Origin: a virus
Lineage: Duplodnaviria > Caudoviricetes
Virus record (IMG/VR): IMGVR_UViG_3300043432_000146
Span: 1 to 54,613 of that record
DNA: 54,613 nucleotides
Direction: 5' to 3' (one strand)
Part shown: in pieces, positions 1-8,095 of the stretch
Position numbering within the stretch: position 1 is the stretch's first letter
Layout of the letters: the number at the start of each line of letters is the position of its first letter
Made by a program: the position numbers and the translations under genes
The notes under the pieces: model-generated
What the model saw: only the letters and a program-made list of their open reading frames with translations
What the model was told of the DNA's origin: nothing
Database searches by the model: none

Positions 1-681
1 ATGATTAGCATATATGGTCTCCCAGGATTTTGGCGCTAATTGAACTAAAGTAGCTTCTAGGCGTTGGTTTGCCGCAGCCAATGCCGCATCCTCTGCCGCA
101 GCCAATGCTTCAGCCCATGCCGCATTCCTTGCCGCAGCCCATGCCGCACTCCATGCCGCACTCCATGCCGCAGTCCATGCCGCATCCTCTGCCGCAGCCC
201 ATGACTCATCCCCTGCCACAGCCCTTGCCGCAGCCCTTGCCGCAGCCAATGCCGCATCCTCTGCCGCAGCCAATTCAGCATCAGTAGCTTTTCCATCAAT
301 CCATCTACGTTTCACAGCAATAGCTGCTATGCTTCTTGGATCTGGATCAGCCATAGCAGACAATGCTCTTTCAGCCTCATCACAAGCAAATGTATGCAAT
401 GCCTTTGTAGCATCGGCATACCATAGCACCTCACGACGATTGGATACGTATTTGTCAATATCGTGGAGGATTTTTCCACTAGACCTTACTTGGCACACGA
501 GTGGCCCAGGAGCGTATTTCAGTGCATCAAGTGCCATAACGGACCCATGAAATCCAGCCTCGCAAAGCTTCAGTTGACCATCCCACTCATACAACTTACA
601 TTCAAGTTTCTGGCCATCTCTGAGTAGGCCAGTCGATGAAACAAAGTGCCACCCCAGAATGCTAGACTCAATGTCTGCCAT
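1..681 (-). CDS. Paralog A: DUF7666-like N-terminal domain, Imm5-like helical domain and Ala/Trp-rich repeats (partial, runs off window start)
   Basis: Not in the ORF track because there is no stop in the window. Manual translation from ATG at 681: [59 protein letters not shown]...[33 protein letters not shown]...; clearly homologous to 923..1621 and 3380..4033. Confidence 0.85.
   Translation of the reverse strand, partial: MADIESSILGWHFVSSTGLLRDGQKLECKLYEWDGQLKLCEAGFHGSVMALDALKYAPGPLVCQVRSSGKILHDIDKYVSNRREVLWYADATKALHTFACDEAERALSAMADPDPRSIAAIAVKRRWIDGKATDAELAAAEDAALAAARAAARAVAGDESWAAAEDAAWTAAWSAAWSAAWAAARNAAWAEALAAAEDAALAAANQRLEATLVQLAPKSWETIYANH
262..429. repeat. 168-bp exact direct repeat, copy 1 (copy 2 at 3608..3775)
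   Basis: Base-by-base comparison from tgccgcagccaattcagcatc to ggcataccatagcac shows identity at both loci. Confidence 0.9.
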
Positions 682-683
682 GC

Positions 684-881
684 TTATTTCTCCAATTGTT
701 TCAACAGTGCCTCAACCCCTTGATTTTCTATCTGCAAGTCACTACGATTTGGAGTCCTCCTGTGGTGCTGGATTGCTGCAACAGCAGCCCAGTAACCTAG
801 CCCATTTTCACCCTGTTTCAATCTCCTAGTGATGACTTCAATTCGCTGACTTCTGTGGTAACTACGCAGTGACTTTGACAT
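684..881 (-). CDS. hypothetical protein
   Basis: 65-aa ORF with GGGGAA RBS, abuts paralog A. Confidence 0.6.
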   Translation of the reverse strand: MSKSLRSYHRSQRIEVITRRLKQGENGLGYWAAVAAIQHHRRTPNRSDLQIENQGVEALLKQLEK

Positions 882-922
882 TAATTCCCCCTAGCCTTTT
901 ATGGGATCTGATCCCGACATGG

Positions 923-1621
923 TTAGCTAATTCCTGGCATGTATTTCAGGATTGTGGTTTCTAGCACGGCGTTCAGTTTCATGTATGCCGCAGCCCTTGC
1001 CGCCAATGCTGCAGCCCTTGCCGCAGCCCTTGCCGCATCCCTTGCATCCCTTACCGCAGCCCATGCCTCATCCCCTGCCGCAGCCATTGCCGCAGCCCTT
1101 GCCGCATCCAATGCCGCATTCTTTGCATCCTTTGCCGCAGCCATTGCCGCAGCCATACCCGCAGCCCCTGCCGCATTCTTTGCATCCTTTGCCACAGCCA
1201 TTGCCGCAGCCCCTGCCGCAGCCAATTCAGCATCAGTAGCTTTCCCAACAAGCCATTGACGCTTTGTCTCAATAGCATTCCAGAAGCAATCATCAGTCAC
1301 ATCTGTAAGCATCAGGGCTATTTCTGCACACTGACAAGCAAATTCGTGCAGAATGCTAGTAGCATCCAGATAATCAAGCACATTGCGTCTGGTACACACT
1401 AACTTGTCCTTCTTCGCAATCTGCCTACCACTACACTTAACACGGCATACAATTGATCCTGGAGCATACTGCAGTGCATCTAGAATACGCCTAGAAGCGT
1501 GCAGCCCAGACTTACACATGGTAAGTGGTCCACTGTAGGCATATAGCCCCCTATGCAACCTATGGCCATCCCGCAATAGTTCTGAATCTGCAACGAAATG
1601 CCAGGCCAAAATTTGTTTCAT
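923..1621 (-). CDS. Paralog B: DUF7666-like/Imm5-like protein with Ala-rich repeats
   Basis: [42 protein letters not shown] followed by 4-aa Ala repeats. Confidence 0.85.
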   Translation of the reverse strand: MKQILAWHFVADSELLRDGHRLHRGLYAYSGPLTMCKSGLHASRRILDALQYAPGSIVCRVKCSGRQIAKKDKLVCTRRNVLDYLDATSILHEFACQCAEIALMLTDVTDDCFWNAIETKRQWLVGKATDAELAAAGAAAMAVAKDAKNAAGAAGMAAAMAAAKDAKNAALDAARAAAMAAAGDEAWAAVRDARDAARAAARAAALAARAAAYMKLNAVLETTILKYMPGIS

Positions 1622-1640
1622 ACTAGTATACTTCCCTCTG

Positions 1641-1871
1641 TTAAAGCCATAACCATCGACGCTTCGCTACCGACCTTTTTATGGCAGGTTCTATACACCC
1701 AACCGGGCATACTTGCTCGCACTGAGGCTTGCTGAACTTCCCCACACATTCTGTACAAAGCTGTGGATCAATCTTATAATGCCCACCCTCAACAGAAATC
1801 CCATTATTTGGGCATACTGGAAGGCAAACACCACAAGAGATACAATCACGGCTTATGATCTTTAATGCCAT
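1641..1871 (-). CDS. 2[4Fe-4S] ferredoxin (YfhL-like)
   Basis: CISCGVCLPVCP and CTECVG....PQCEQVCP motifs; likely ATG start at 1871 (MALKII) after GGAG. Confidence 0.85.
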   Translation of the reverse strand: MALKIISRDCISCGVCLPVCPNNGISVEGGHYKIDPQLCTECVGKFSKPQCEQVCPVGCIEPAIKRSVAKRRWLWL

Positions 1872-1968
1872 GTCACTCCAGCACAAGCCTTGGGGAGATC
1901 AGCCCAATTCCTGTTGGTCCAGCCACCCTGCTTGCGTAGCACTTGCACCGCCTTGATACATCTCAAGG

Positions 1969-2511
1969 CTAGCCACAATAGACCCTCTCGGACTGACGAC
2001 CATACATCTTCTTAAAATCAGCAACCTTAGCACGAATGGCGTCCTCAGGTTCACCGTCGGACTCCATCTTGCTCACGATGGTAGCGAGTTGTTGGCGATA
2101 AGATTCTGGAAGACGGTCAGTGCTCGTGATCCGGTAACACGGAACAAAGTAGATGTTGTAATAAGGACCAAGCTTTACGGTATGCGAACGAAAAACCTTT
2201 TCAGCAGTTTCTGCCCTAGCAGCAAATTCTGCCCGTGCCTTTTCAGCAGTTTCTGCCCTAGCAGCAAATTCTGCCCGTGCCTTTTCAGCAGTTTCTGCCC
2301 TAGCAGCAAATTCTGCCGCTTTAACCTTTATATCGGTCACAGCTTTATCATTCCAGCGGCCGATCAGTCGTTCACAACCTGGAGTCAACCACGTTATGCT
2401 AACGACCAAAGAAAGTACCAATATTGGCAACCTAAAAACCTTCCAAATAGTGAAGACTGCCATGCCGCCGAACGCCAGTGCAGCAAGTAATTTAGTTGTT
2501 GTTTTTTCCAT
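1969..2511 (-). CDS. membrane protein with 14-aa coiled-coil tandem repeats
   Basis: Two hydrophobic N-terminal segments; (AEFAARAETAEKAR)x3. Confidence 0.7.
   Translation of the reverse strand: MEKTTTKLLAALAFGGMAVFTIWKVFRLPILVLSLVVSITWLTPGCERLIGRWNDKAVTDIKVKAAEFAARAETAEKARAEFAARAETAEKARAEFAARAETAEKVFRSHTVKLGPYYNIYFVPCYRITSTDRLPESYRQQLATIVSKMESDGEPEDAIRAKVADFKKMYGRQSERVYCG
2196..2317. repeat. 42-bp perfect tandem repeat, ~2.9 copies
   Basis: Unit ccttttcagcagtttctgccctagcagcaaattctgcccgtg. Confidence 0.9.
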
Positions 2512-2619
2512 AACCTAGAACTCCTGCAAGATCTTTCAATGCCCCAATCACGATGTCAAGTCCAGCAACGACACGAAACAAATGATGAAAGATGGGCAAG
2601 TTGCGCATGGTTTTGTCTC

Positions 2620-3087
2620 CTAGCGGGATAGGTTTACGGTTGCATTGTAGTTGTAGCAGAGGCCCGATGTGGCAATCTCTGAAAATCTCAATTCCAATCC
2701 TGAGAACTCTCCATTTCTGGCAAGTCTGTAAGTGCCACAACTTGGTTCGTAGTACGAAATCGAGTTACCAAACATCACTGTGCCAGCAGTATCAATTGTG
2801 TATTCCCCTCCTGGACGGCTAAAGTTGCAGCTTCCTCCATATAAGATTGCGGCAATATGGATGCTACTACCAGTCTGGGCGACACTTGTGTTGACGGGGC
2901 ATCGGGTTGAGCGTCCTAGCTCAGGAAACACGAAGGTTGCATTGCCAGAATAGCTCCCAGCCACGTTAGGAATTGGGTTAGTAGGAATCGGTGTGCTTGG
3001 TCCTGTGGGATTACTGCTACCTTTACCCCCGCACGCCAGCATCAAAAGCAGGGACATTGCAACATAACTAGACTTGTGCATCAGCAT
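2620..3087 (-). CDS. predicted lipoprotein
   Basis: Signal peptide with lipobox LLMLA-C-GG, Pro/Ser/Thr linker, beta-rich domain with Cys; AAGGAG RBS. Confidence 0.75.
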   Translation of the reverse strand: MLMHKSSYVAMSLLLMLACGGKGSSNPTGPSTPIPTNPIPNVAGSYSGNATFVFPELGRSTRCPVNTSVAQTGSSIHIAAILYGGSCNFSRPGGEYTIDTAGTVMFGNSISYYEPSCGTYRLARNGEFSGLELRFSEIATSGLCYNYNATVNLSR

Positions 3088-3164
3088 TTTTGACTCCTTT
3101 CAATATCACGCTACAACAGAATTTGGTGATCCAAGGTAGGATTATACCTACAACTCCGCTATGC

Positions 3165-3383
3165 CTAGTCGGTGTTTTGGCAGCTTAAACTACTTGGATC
3201 GTGACTAAATGACGCCTTCAGCAATTGCAACCATTGCCCATCGGCTAATGCAGCCTCATCTCTCATGCCTTTTGATAGATAGGATGCAATCTTGACCACA
3301 CTTGGTTTTCGTAACAGGCAGGCTCCAAGATTAGGATGTTGGCTACATAGGTAGCAATAGCAACTAAAATCAGCAGGGCTCAT
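3165..3383 (-). CDS. hypothetical protein
   Basis: ATGA overlap with the stop of paralog C. Confidence 0.5.
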   Translation of the reverse strand: MSPADFSCYCYLCSQHPNLGACLLRKPSVVKIASYLSKGMRDEAALADGQWLQLLKASFSHDPSSLSCQNTD

Positions 3384-4033
3384 GGTTCAACCTCAATAAA
3401 TTTGGGGGCAAGCTGGTTCAAAGTGGCTTCAAGCCTGATATTTGCCATACCCATTGCCGCAGCCATTGCCGCAGCCCTTGCATCCTCTGCCGCATCCCCT
3501 GCCGCAGCCCATGCTGCAGCCCATGCTGCAGCCCTTGCCACAGCCCCTGCTGCATCCCTTGCCACAGCCCATGCCGCATCCATTGCCACAGCCCATGCCG
3601 CATCCCTTGCCGCAGCCAATTCAGCATCAGTAGCTTTTCCATCAATCCATCTACGTTTCACAGCAATAGCTGCTATGCTTCTTGGATCTGGATCAGCCAT
3701 AGCAGACAATGCTCTTTCAGCCTCATCACAAGCAAATGTATGCAATGCCTTTGTAGCATCGGCATACCATAGCACAGTGCGTTCTGATGCTACTAGCTTA
3801 TCGTCACTCTCCACAATGGCCCCACTGCATCTAACGCGACATACAATAGATCCTGGAGCATATTTCAAGGCATCAAGCGCCCTTATAGATGCATGTAAAC
3901 CAGATACACACATCTTTAGCTCACCAAGATGGTAATAACTTCGTCTAGCAAGGGTCTGCCCATCCCGCAACAAACCAGTATCAGCTACAAAGTGCCATGC
4001 CAGAACGCTGTTACTCTGCTTCTCTGTTAACAT
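3380..4033 (-). CDS. Paralog C: DUF7666-like/Imm5-like protein with Ala/Trp-rich repeats
   Basis: [43 protein letters not shown] repeats. Confidence 0.85.
   Translation of the reverse strand: MLTEKQSNSVLAWHFVADTGLLRDGQTLARRSYYHLGELKMCVSGLHASIRALDALKYAPGSIVCRVRCSGAIVESDDKLVASERTVLWYADATKALHTFACDEAERALSAMADPDPRSIAAIAVKRRWIDGKATDAELAAARDAAWAVAMDAAWAVARDAAGAVARAAAWAAAWAAAGDAAEDARAAAMAAAMGMANIRLEATLNQLAPKFIEVEP
3608..3775. repeat. 168-bp exact direct repeat, copy 2
   Basis: Identical to 262..429. Confidence 0.9.
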
Positions 4034-4233
4034 GTTGGCCAGTCTCCTTGTAATAGTAAGGCCTCTAACTCCAGGTTTGTCAATGTTTTAAGGTCTTTAT
4101 CAGCAGCAGGCAGATGGGGTAAGCAGTAAGCTAATAACATAAACTTCTGTAACCTCAATGCTTTTTCCTGCTGGTTAGGCAACCAAAGGGAATCAGAAGA
4201 CCAAGGATCATCTGAGATTTGTTTGAAAACCAT
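4027..4233 (-). CDS. hypothetical protein
   Basis: 68-aa ORF, GAGGA RBS; N-terminus KQISDDP resembles KQLPDNP of the adjacent ORF. Confidence 0.55.
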   Translation of the reverse strand: MVFKQISDDPWSSDSLWLPNQQEKALRLQKFMLLAYCLPHLPAADKDLKTLTNLELEALLLQGDWPTC

Positions 4234-4243
4234 TAGCTGTCCT

Positions 4244-4465
4244 CTAGTTAGGATCAGTACGCAACAGCAGTTTCAAAGCTCGACTACAGATCTGCCTATC
4301 ATCCACAGACATGTGATCTGTGTTGGCATGTCTGATTAGATCTACAATCAGAGCCCTTGCGCTCTTAGGTTTGTCCATGAGCTTACCTGATCTCTGCAAC
4401 CAATTGATCCACTCAAGGATCTCAGGATCTGTCATAGGATTATCAGGTAGTTGTTTAGAAATCAT
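4244..4465 (-). CDS. hypothetical protein
   Basis: 73-aa ORF in the leftward gene run. Confidence 0.6.
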   Translation of the reverse strand: MISKQLPDNPMTDPEILEWINWLQRSGKLMDKPKSARALIVDLIRHANTDHMSVDDRQICSRALKLLLRTDPN

Positions 4466-4539
4466 GGCATGTTACCATTTCCATTCATTGTGGATACTTA
4501 GCTGCCGGTCTTTTAGCACTGGCCGGCAAGTGGTCAATC

Positions 4540-4567
4540 ATTATACGTCCGTTCGTCAGATTGACAA
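4540..4567 (-). promoter_or_regulatory. possible sigma70 promoter
   Basis: TTGTCA-16bp-TATAAT upstream of ORF 4465. Confidence 0.4.
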
Positions 4568-4661
4568 TTGAGAACGAGACAGATAAGGCTGGCTAATTTG
4601 TTGGCAGCTACTCACACACCTTATCAGGATGTTTTCGCCCAAGCTAGGCTTGCTTAAGGCC

Positions 4662-4721
4662 AGCATATTACTAATCAGTGTTTTGATTAGTTTCGTCCCA
4701 TTAGGACTCATCAGATATGCT
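4662..4721 (-). ncRNA. type I hammerhead ribozyme
   Basis: Minus strand reads AGCAUAU-CUGAUGA-GUCC UAAUG GGAC-GAAA-CUAAUCA AAACAC UGAUUAG-UA-AUAUGCU: complete conserved core, three perfect stems, GUA cleavage triplet (cut between 4669 and 4668); intergenic and in the sense orientation of flanking genes. Confidence 0.92.
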
Positions 4722-4742
4722 AAACTGAGACCAGACCAAAAT

Positions 4743-5249
4743 CTATCTCCGGTTGAATCCTTTCAGCTTCTCTTTCTGTGGTCTGGATTCGTGTATGATT
4801 GTGCTTTTTAGACCTTTACCAGCATGAGGAGCATAAAGCCCTTTAGTGATTTTAGCAGCCTCGTAATCATCGTTCTTTGGTTGGATTACAGGTTCGTGCA
4901 AGGTTTCAAAAGCACGTCTAAGGTGATTTGACTTGTCTCTCCAAGTAGTGTTGTAGAGTTTATCAAAACACCCTTTACATACTCTACCAGTAATCTTTTT
5001 GGGGAAGTAGTGCTCAGCAGAGGTAGGAACACTAGCAACCGCCCCATCAATAACAAAATGAGTCAGGCTATCTTTTCTCAGTTTGATCCATGAGACAACG
5101 ATACGACCGTAGTGTGAAGTATGAAGATCAACAACAGCCTTACACACCATACAGCCAAGTGTGGTAGGAATGAAGTTATCAATCTTTGTCATGCTCAACA
5201 ATCTACGGGATAAACTCATTAGCAACCTGCCTTGCCTTGCATACTGCAT
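4743..5249 (-). CDS. hypothetical protein with two CxxC pairs (possible Zn-binding)
   Basis: CMVC and CKGC; start codon uncertain. Confidence 0.65.
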   Translation of the reverse strand: MQYARQGRLLMSLSRRLLSMTKIDNFIPTTLGCMVCKAVVDLHTSHYGRIVVSWIKLRKDSLTHFVIDGAVASVPTSAEHYFPKKITGRVCKGCFDKLYNTTWRDKSNHLRRAFETLHEPVIQPKNDDYEAAKITKGLYAPHAGKGLKSTIIHESRPQKEKLKGFNRR

Positions 5250-5311
5250 AACTCACTATGCAATATATACTCTAGCGCCCGACTTCCCGCCGGACCTGCG
5301 CCGACTGGGTG

Positions 5312-5342
5312 ACGATACCACGGCCGGCGGGGGGCGTGTCAA
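5312..5342 (-). promoter_or_regulatory. possible sigma70 promoter
   Basis: TTGACA-19bp-TATCGT with extended -10 TG; spacer is long. Confidence 0.4.
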
Positions 5343-5497
5343 ACGGGTTTTCGGACGGTTCCCAGGATGCCCCCAGGACGGCCCAGGACGGCCCAGGATC
5401 GACGAACGATCGTCGAGGTAGGCTTGCCTACCGGGGATAGCGAAAGTGGTGGCGAAAGCTGGCCGGCCCTAGCAGGCTTGGCGGGAAAAGCTGGCAG

Positions 5498-5539
5498 AAA
5501 AGACAAAAGGCGATACCGGATTGCTCCGATACCGCCTTT
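5498..5539 (-). terminator. rho-independent terminator
   Basis: AAAGGCGGTATCGGA-GCAA-TCCGGTATCGCCTTTTGTCTTTT downstream of ORF 5567..6028. Confidence 0.7.
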
Positions 5540-5566
5540 GCCTTGTGACCGAACCGTATAGAACGT

Positions 5567-6028
5567 CTACGCTTCCAAGCGTTCGACGCCAGCAGATCGC
5601 CCGGATGAACGGCCTACCTTGCCTCCAGACGATTGCTCGACGTTCTTGATCCAGGCGTCGAAACCGTCCAGAACTTCATTTTTGAATTCTTCGAGGTGGA
5701 TCTGGCCTTCGGCGTCGTCCTTGCCTACAGTGATACCTTTCGGCAGGCTGAAACGTTCAAACTTCTGAGCGTATCGGCCATCTGCCCGTTGCTCGATTGT
5801 CCGTTCCATGTAAATGGACGCGGAAATCGTGACCAAATTGCCTAGAACGAAATCGACATGAGCCAATCGCATGTTGCTCTTGGCTTTGTCGTATTTGTCC
5901 TCGTACCACTTGGGATTGGCCACCAGTCGAAAAGTAGGCTTCCCTAGCAGCTTGGCAATCGGGTTGCTCTTTTCCTTCCTCGGTTCGGTCGGTGTTGCCG
6001 CCATCTGTCGCGCGATCTCTCCGGCCAT
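5567..6028 (-). CDS. hypothetical protein (GC-rich codon usage; weakly SpoVG-like pattern)
   Basis: 153-aa ORF with GAGGGTG RBS and its own terminator; fold suggestion is by eye only. Confidence 0.7.
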   Translation of the reverse strand: MAGEIARQMAATPTEPRKEKSNPIAKLLGKPTFRLVANPKWYEDKYDKAKSNMRLAHVDFVLGNLVTISASIYMERTIEQRADGRYAQKFERFSLPKGITVGKDDAEGQIHLEEFKNEVLDGFDAWIKNVEQSSGGKVGRSSGRSAGVERLEA

Positions 6029-6149
6029 GTTGTCACCCTCTGTAGCGTCCCTGGGGACGCGAAACCCGGCCTCGGCATGATTGCCGGCCGGTAACGTGCG
6101 TTCAGCCTACCACAGCGCAGCCTGATGCGGTCAAGCCGGGCCGATTGAT

Positions 6150-6177
6150 TGGATCGTTAGGTTGACTAGGTAGGCAG
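6150..6177. repeat. 28-bp inverted repeat, left arm
   Basis: tggatcgttaggtt-gac-taggtaggcag matches the reverse complement of 6546..6573 at 26/28 positions. Confidence 0.85.
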
Positions 6178-6309
6178 TGCGAAATGAGAATTCAGAGACG
6201 GTCAAAACGATTAGTATCGCCTATGTAGAGGTAATCTTGCTGGCCTCGCCACTCTTGCCAGCGAGCCTTGACGTTGTGCCATACGAGCCTAAGTAGGCTG
6301 AGCATTGGC

Positions 6310-6531
6310 CTAGTCCCGTCTTTTCCAGCTCGGAGAATCTGATGGTTCAGCCGTCCGAATGAAGTCGGCTGTTACCTCTGAAATGGGGATTCGCTCGCCC
6401 ATATCTAGGTCATAGGCGGTTTTGGCTTTAGGTCCACTGACGTATGCGGCATTGCCATACGTTGTGAGGTAGATCCCTTTGCGTAGTCCTTTGGCTGTGG
6501 CATCTAGCTTGTGTTCGGGTGCAAGGTCCAT
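6310..6531 (-). CDS. small hypothetical protein enclosed by the inverted repeats
   Basis: 73-aa ORF with GGAG RBS. Confidence 0.7.
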   Translation of the reverse strand: MDLAPEHKLDATAKGLRKGIYLTTYGNAAYVSGPKAKTAYDLDMGERIPISEVTADFIRTAEPSDSPSWKRRD

Positions 6532-6545
6532 TGTAGACTCCAGTT

Positions 6546-6573
6546 CTGCCTACCTAATGAACCTAACGATCCA
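6546..6573. repeat. 28-bp inverted repeat, right arm
   Basis: ctgcctaccta-atg-aacctaacgatcca. Confidence 0.85.
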
Positions 6574-7282
6574 TTGTCCCCTAGTGCCAGTAACAGCCTA
6601 AGCCTTGCCTGGTCTATGGTTCCCGACAGCCCATTATGTCAAGTGGCGCCGGCTTCCAGCCCCGTCATTTAACAAGCAAACGCGCTGCCATATGACAGAA
6701 GCCGACTTAGACGTAACCAGACCGACTTTATGGGCGCTTTGTCATATCCTGGCATGTCCAGTCTGTTCGATTATGAGACCGCTAACTGATAGGCCAGCTT
6801 AGACTTAGCAGGCATGTCTGATTATGGCACGATGTCCGACCTGGTTGGTCTGGTATATGCTAACCTACTGACTGCTAACGAGATAGCGCCCTGCTACTTT
6901 GATGATGTACTAACCCACTGAGCCATAAGGACTTAGCTGATGTACCCTGTTGTCATATAGAGTACCCCGGGGTCCCCCTCCTGCACACAGATGCACACCC
7001 CAGCCGGGAGGGGTGTCTTCACCAGAAAATTTAAAAAAGTTCAAACTGGCTAAAGTCTTTGTTTGCAGTAGGTTAGAGAGAAATAGTGGATAGGCAGACA
7101 GGTGTCGATAGGCTGAAATATGCCTAAAATCAGGCACTTTTAGGCACTTATTGAATAAGCTAAGCTTATAACCCATTGATTACAATGGTTGTTAGCTTAA
7201 CCTGGTTTTTCTGGGAAGCCAAAGGCGGGGTGTAAGGTAAAGAGTGCTAAAATCTAGATAGATAGATAGCTAACAAGAGTGC

Positions 7283-7357
7283 TAATTTATAGTTTACTGA
7301 CAAATACCCCTTCTATATAGGATCATGAATATGTCAGTAGAAATTTTCCCCACCCTA
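7283..7357 (+). repeat. ~75-bp dispersed hairpin element, copy 1 (origin-like)
   Basis: taatttatagtttACTGACAaataccccttCTATATAGgatcatgaataTGTCAGTagaaattttccccacccta; homologous to 38061..38136 (reverse) and 53784..53858. Confidence 0.85.
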
Positions 7358-7566
7358 GTATGAAAAATTCCCCACTCCCTATTTGCCTTGCCAATCTTGA
7401 CCAGACGATAGGTAGTAGACAGCGGCTATGAGGGCTAGAAATATAAGCATGGTGATAGTATATAACCATAAGCTAGCTGTGTCAAACATACCTATATGCC
7501 AAAATCATGTAATATAGCCTCCATAAGCCTAAAAATGCTGTAAAACAGCTATTAAACAATGACCAC

Positions 7567-7596
7567 TTGACAACTTAGCTATACTTGTGCTATACT
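7567..7596 (+). promoter_or_regulatory. sigma70 promoter for the packaging/structural operon
   Basis: TTGACA-18bp-TATACT with extended -10 TG. Confidence 0.7.
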
Positions 7597-7769
7597 CTGA
7601 ACATACCTTTTAATGATTTATTAACTCATCCAAGACCCACAAAACCGCTTTGTCTTCTATAGCTTACTCCCTCCCCACCAAGCTATATTGAGGCTGACAA
7701 ATGCCAGGTACAATAGCCAAAAGCAGCGGCACCTGGATCCTCTTAATTACTTGATACTAAAGGAATAAT

Positions 7770-7973
7770 ATGGCGCTCCCACAGCGAGAAGGCAGGCCTA
7801 CCCTTAATATTAACCCAGAGGCTAGTACTCCAAATACTGCCTCATGGGATGAGCACTACGATAATGTGGGTGCTAATGAGCTGAATCATCCAGTTCCTGA
7901 GCGGAAGGGCGGTCCAGATGCAAATGGCTGGCTCCATGAAGCTTATGATACAGTCCAAGAAGATGAGGTTTAA
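7770..7973 (+). CDS. hypothetical protein
   Basis: 67 aa, AAGGA RBS. Confidence 0.65.
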   Translation: MALPQREGRPTLNINPEASTPNTASWDEHYDNVGANELNHPVPERKGGPDANGWLHEAYDTVQEDEV

Positions 7974-8071
7974 TGATGGCAACTAGTTTTCCACAGAAAG
8001 ATCGCCCTGAGCTTAGACCAGATGGCAAAGTCCCCAATCCAAAGAAGTCTCAGCCTCAGCCAACTAAGTAG
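7973..8071 (+). CDS. small hypothetical peptide
   Basis: MMATSFPQKDRPELRPDGKVPNPKKSQPQPTK; TAATG overlap, GAGG RBS; N-terminus resembles the preceding ORF (PQREGRPTL). Confidence 0.5.
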   Translation: MMATSFPQKDRPELRPDGKVPNPKKSQPQPTK

Positions 8072-8095
8072 TGAGGCAGAAGGGTTTGACATCTT

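Noticed and set aside
2196-2317. 42-bp repeats as a CRISPR array
   Set aside because: Directly tandem with no spacers, and they encode an in-frame 14-aa repeat.
57-3935. Track ORFs such as [12 protein letters not shown]..., [13 protein letters not shown]... and antisense Ala-rich frames
   Set aside because: Shadow frames of the stop-free 12-bp repeats in the three real minus-strand paralogs.
1-4033. Diversity-generating retroelement (TR/VR pair)
   Set aside because: No reverse transcriptase in the window; the shared 168-bp block is identical and repeat variation is not confined to adenines.
4495-4533. Twister or pistol ribozyme
   Set aside because: Pairings exist (gccggtc/ggccggc) but the conserved catalytic nucleotides and both pseudoknots could not be placed.
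4533-4565. Second hammerhead (CUGACGA inside a gtcaat/attgac stem, minus strand)
   Set aside because: Lacks GAAA and stem III; overlaps a plausible promoter instead.
6605-7176. ORFs 6605..6802 and 6910..7176
   Set aside because: No RBS or recognisable motifs; they overlap a repeat-rich control region.
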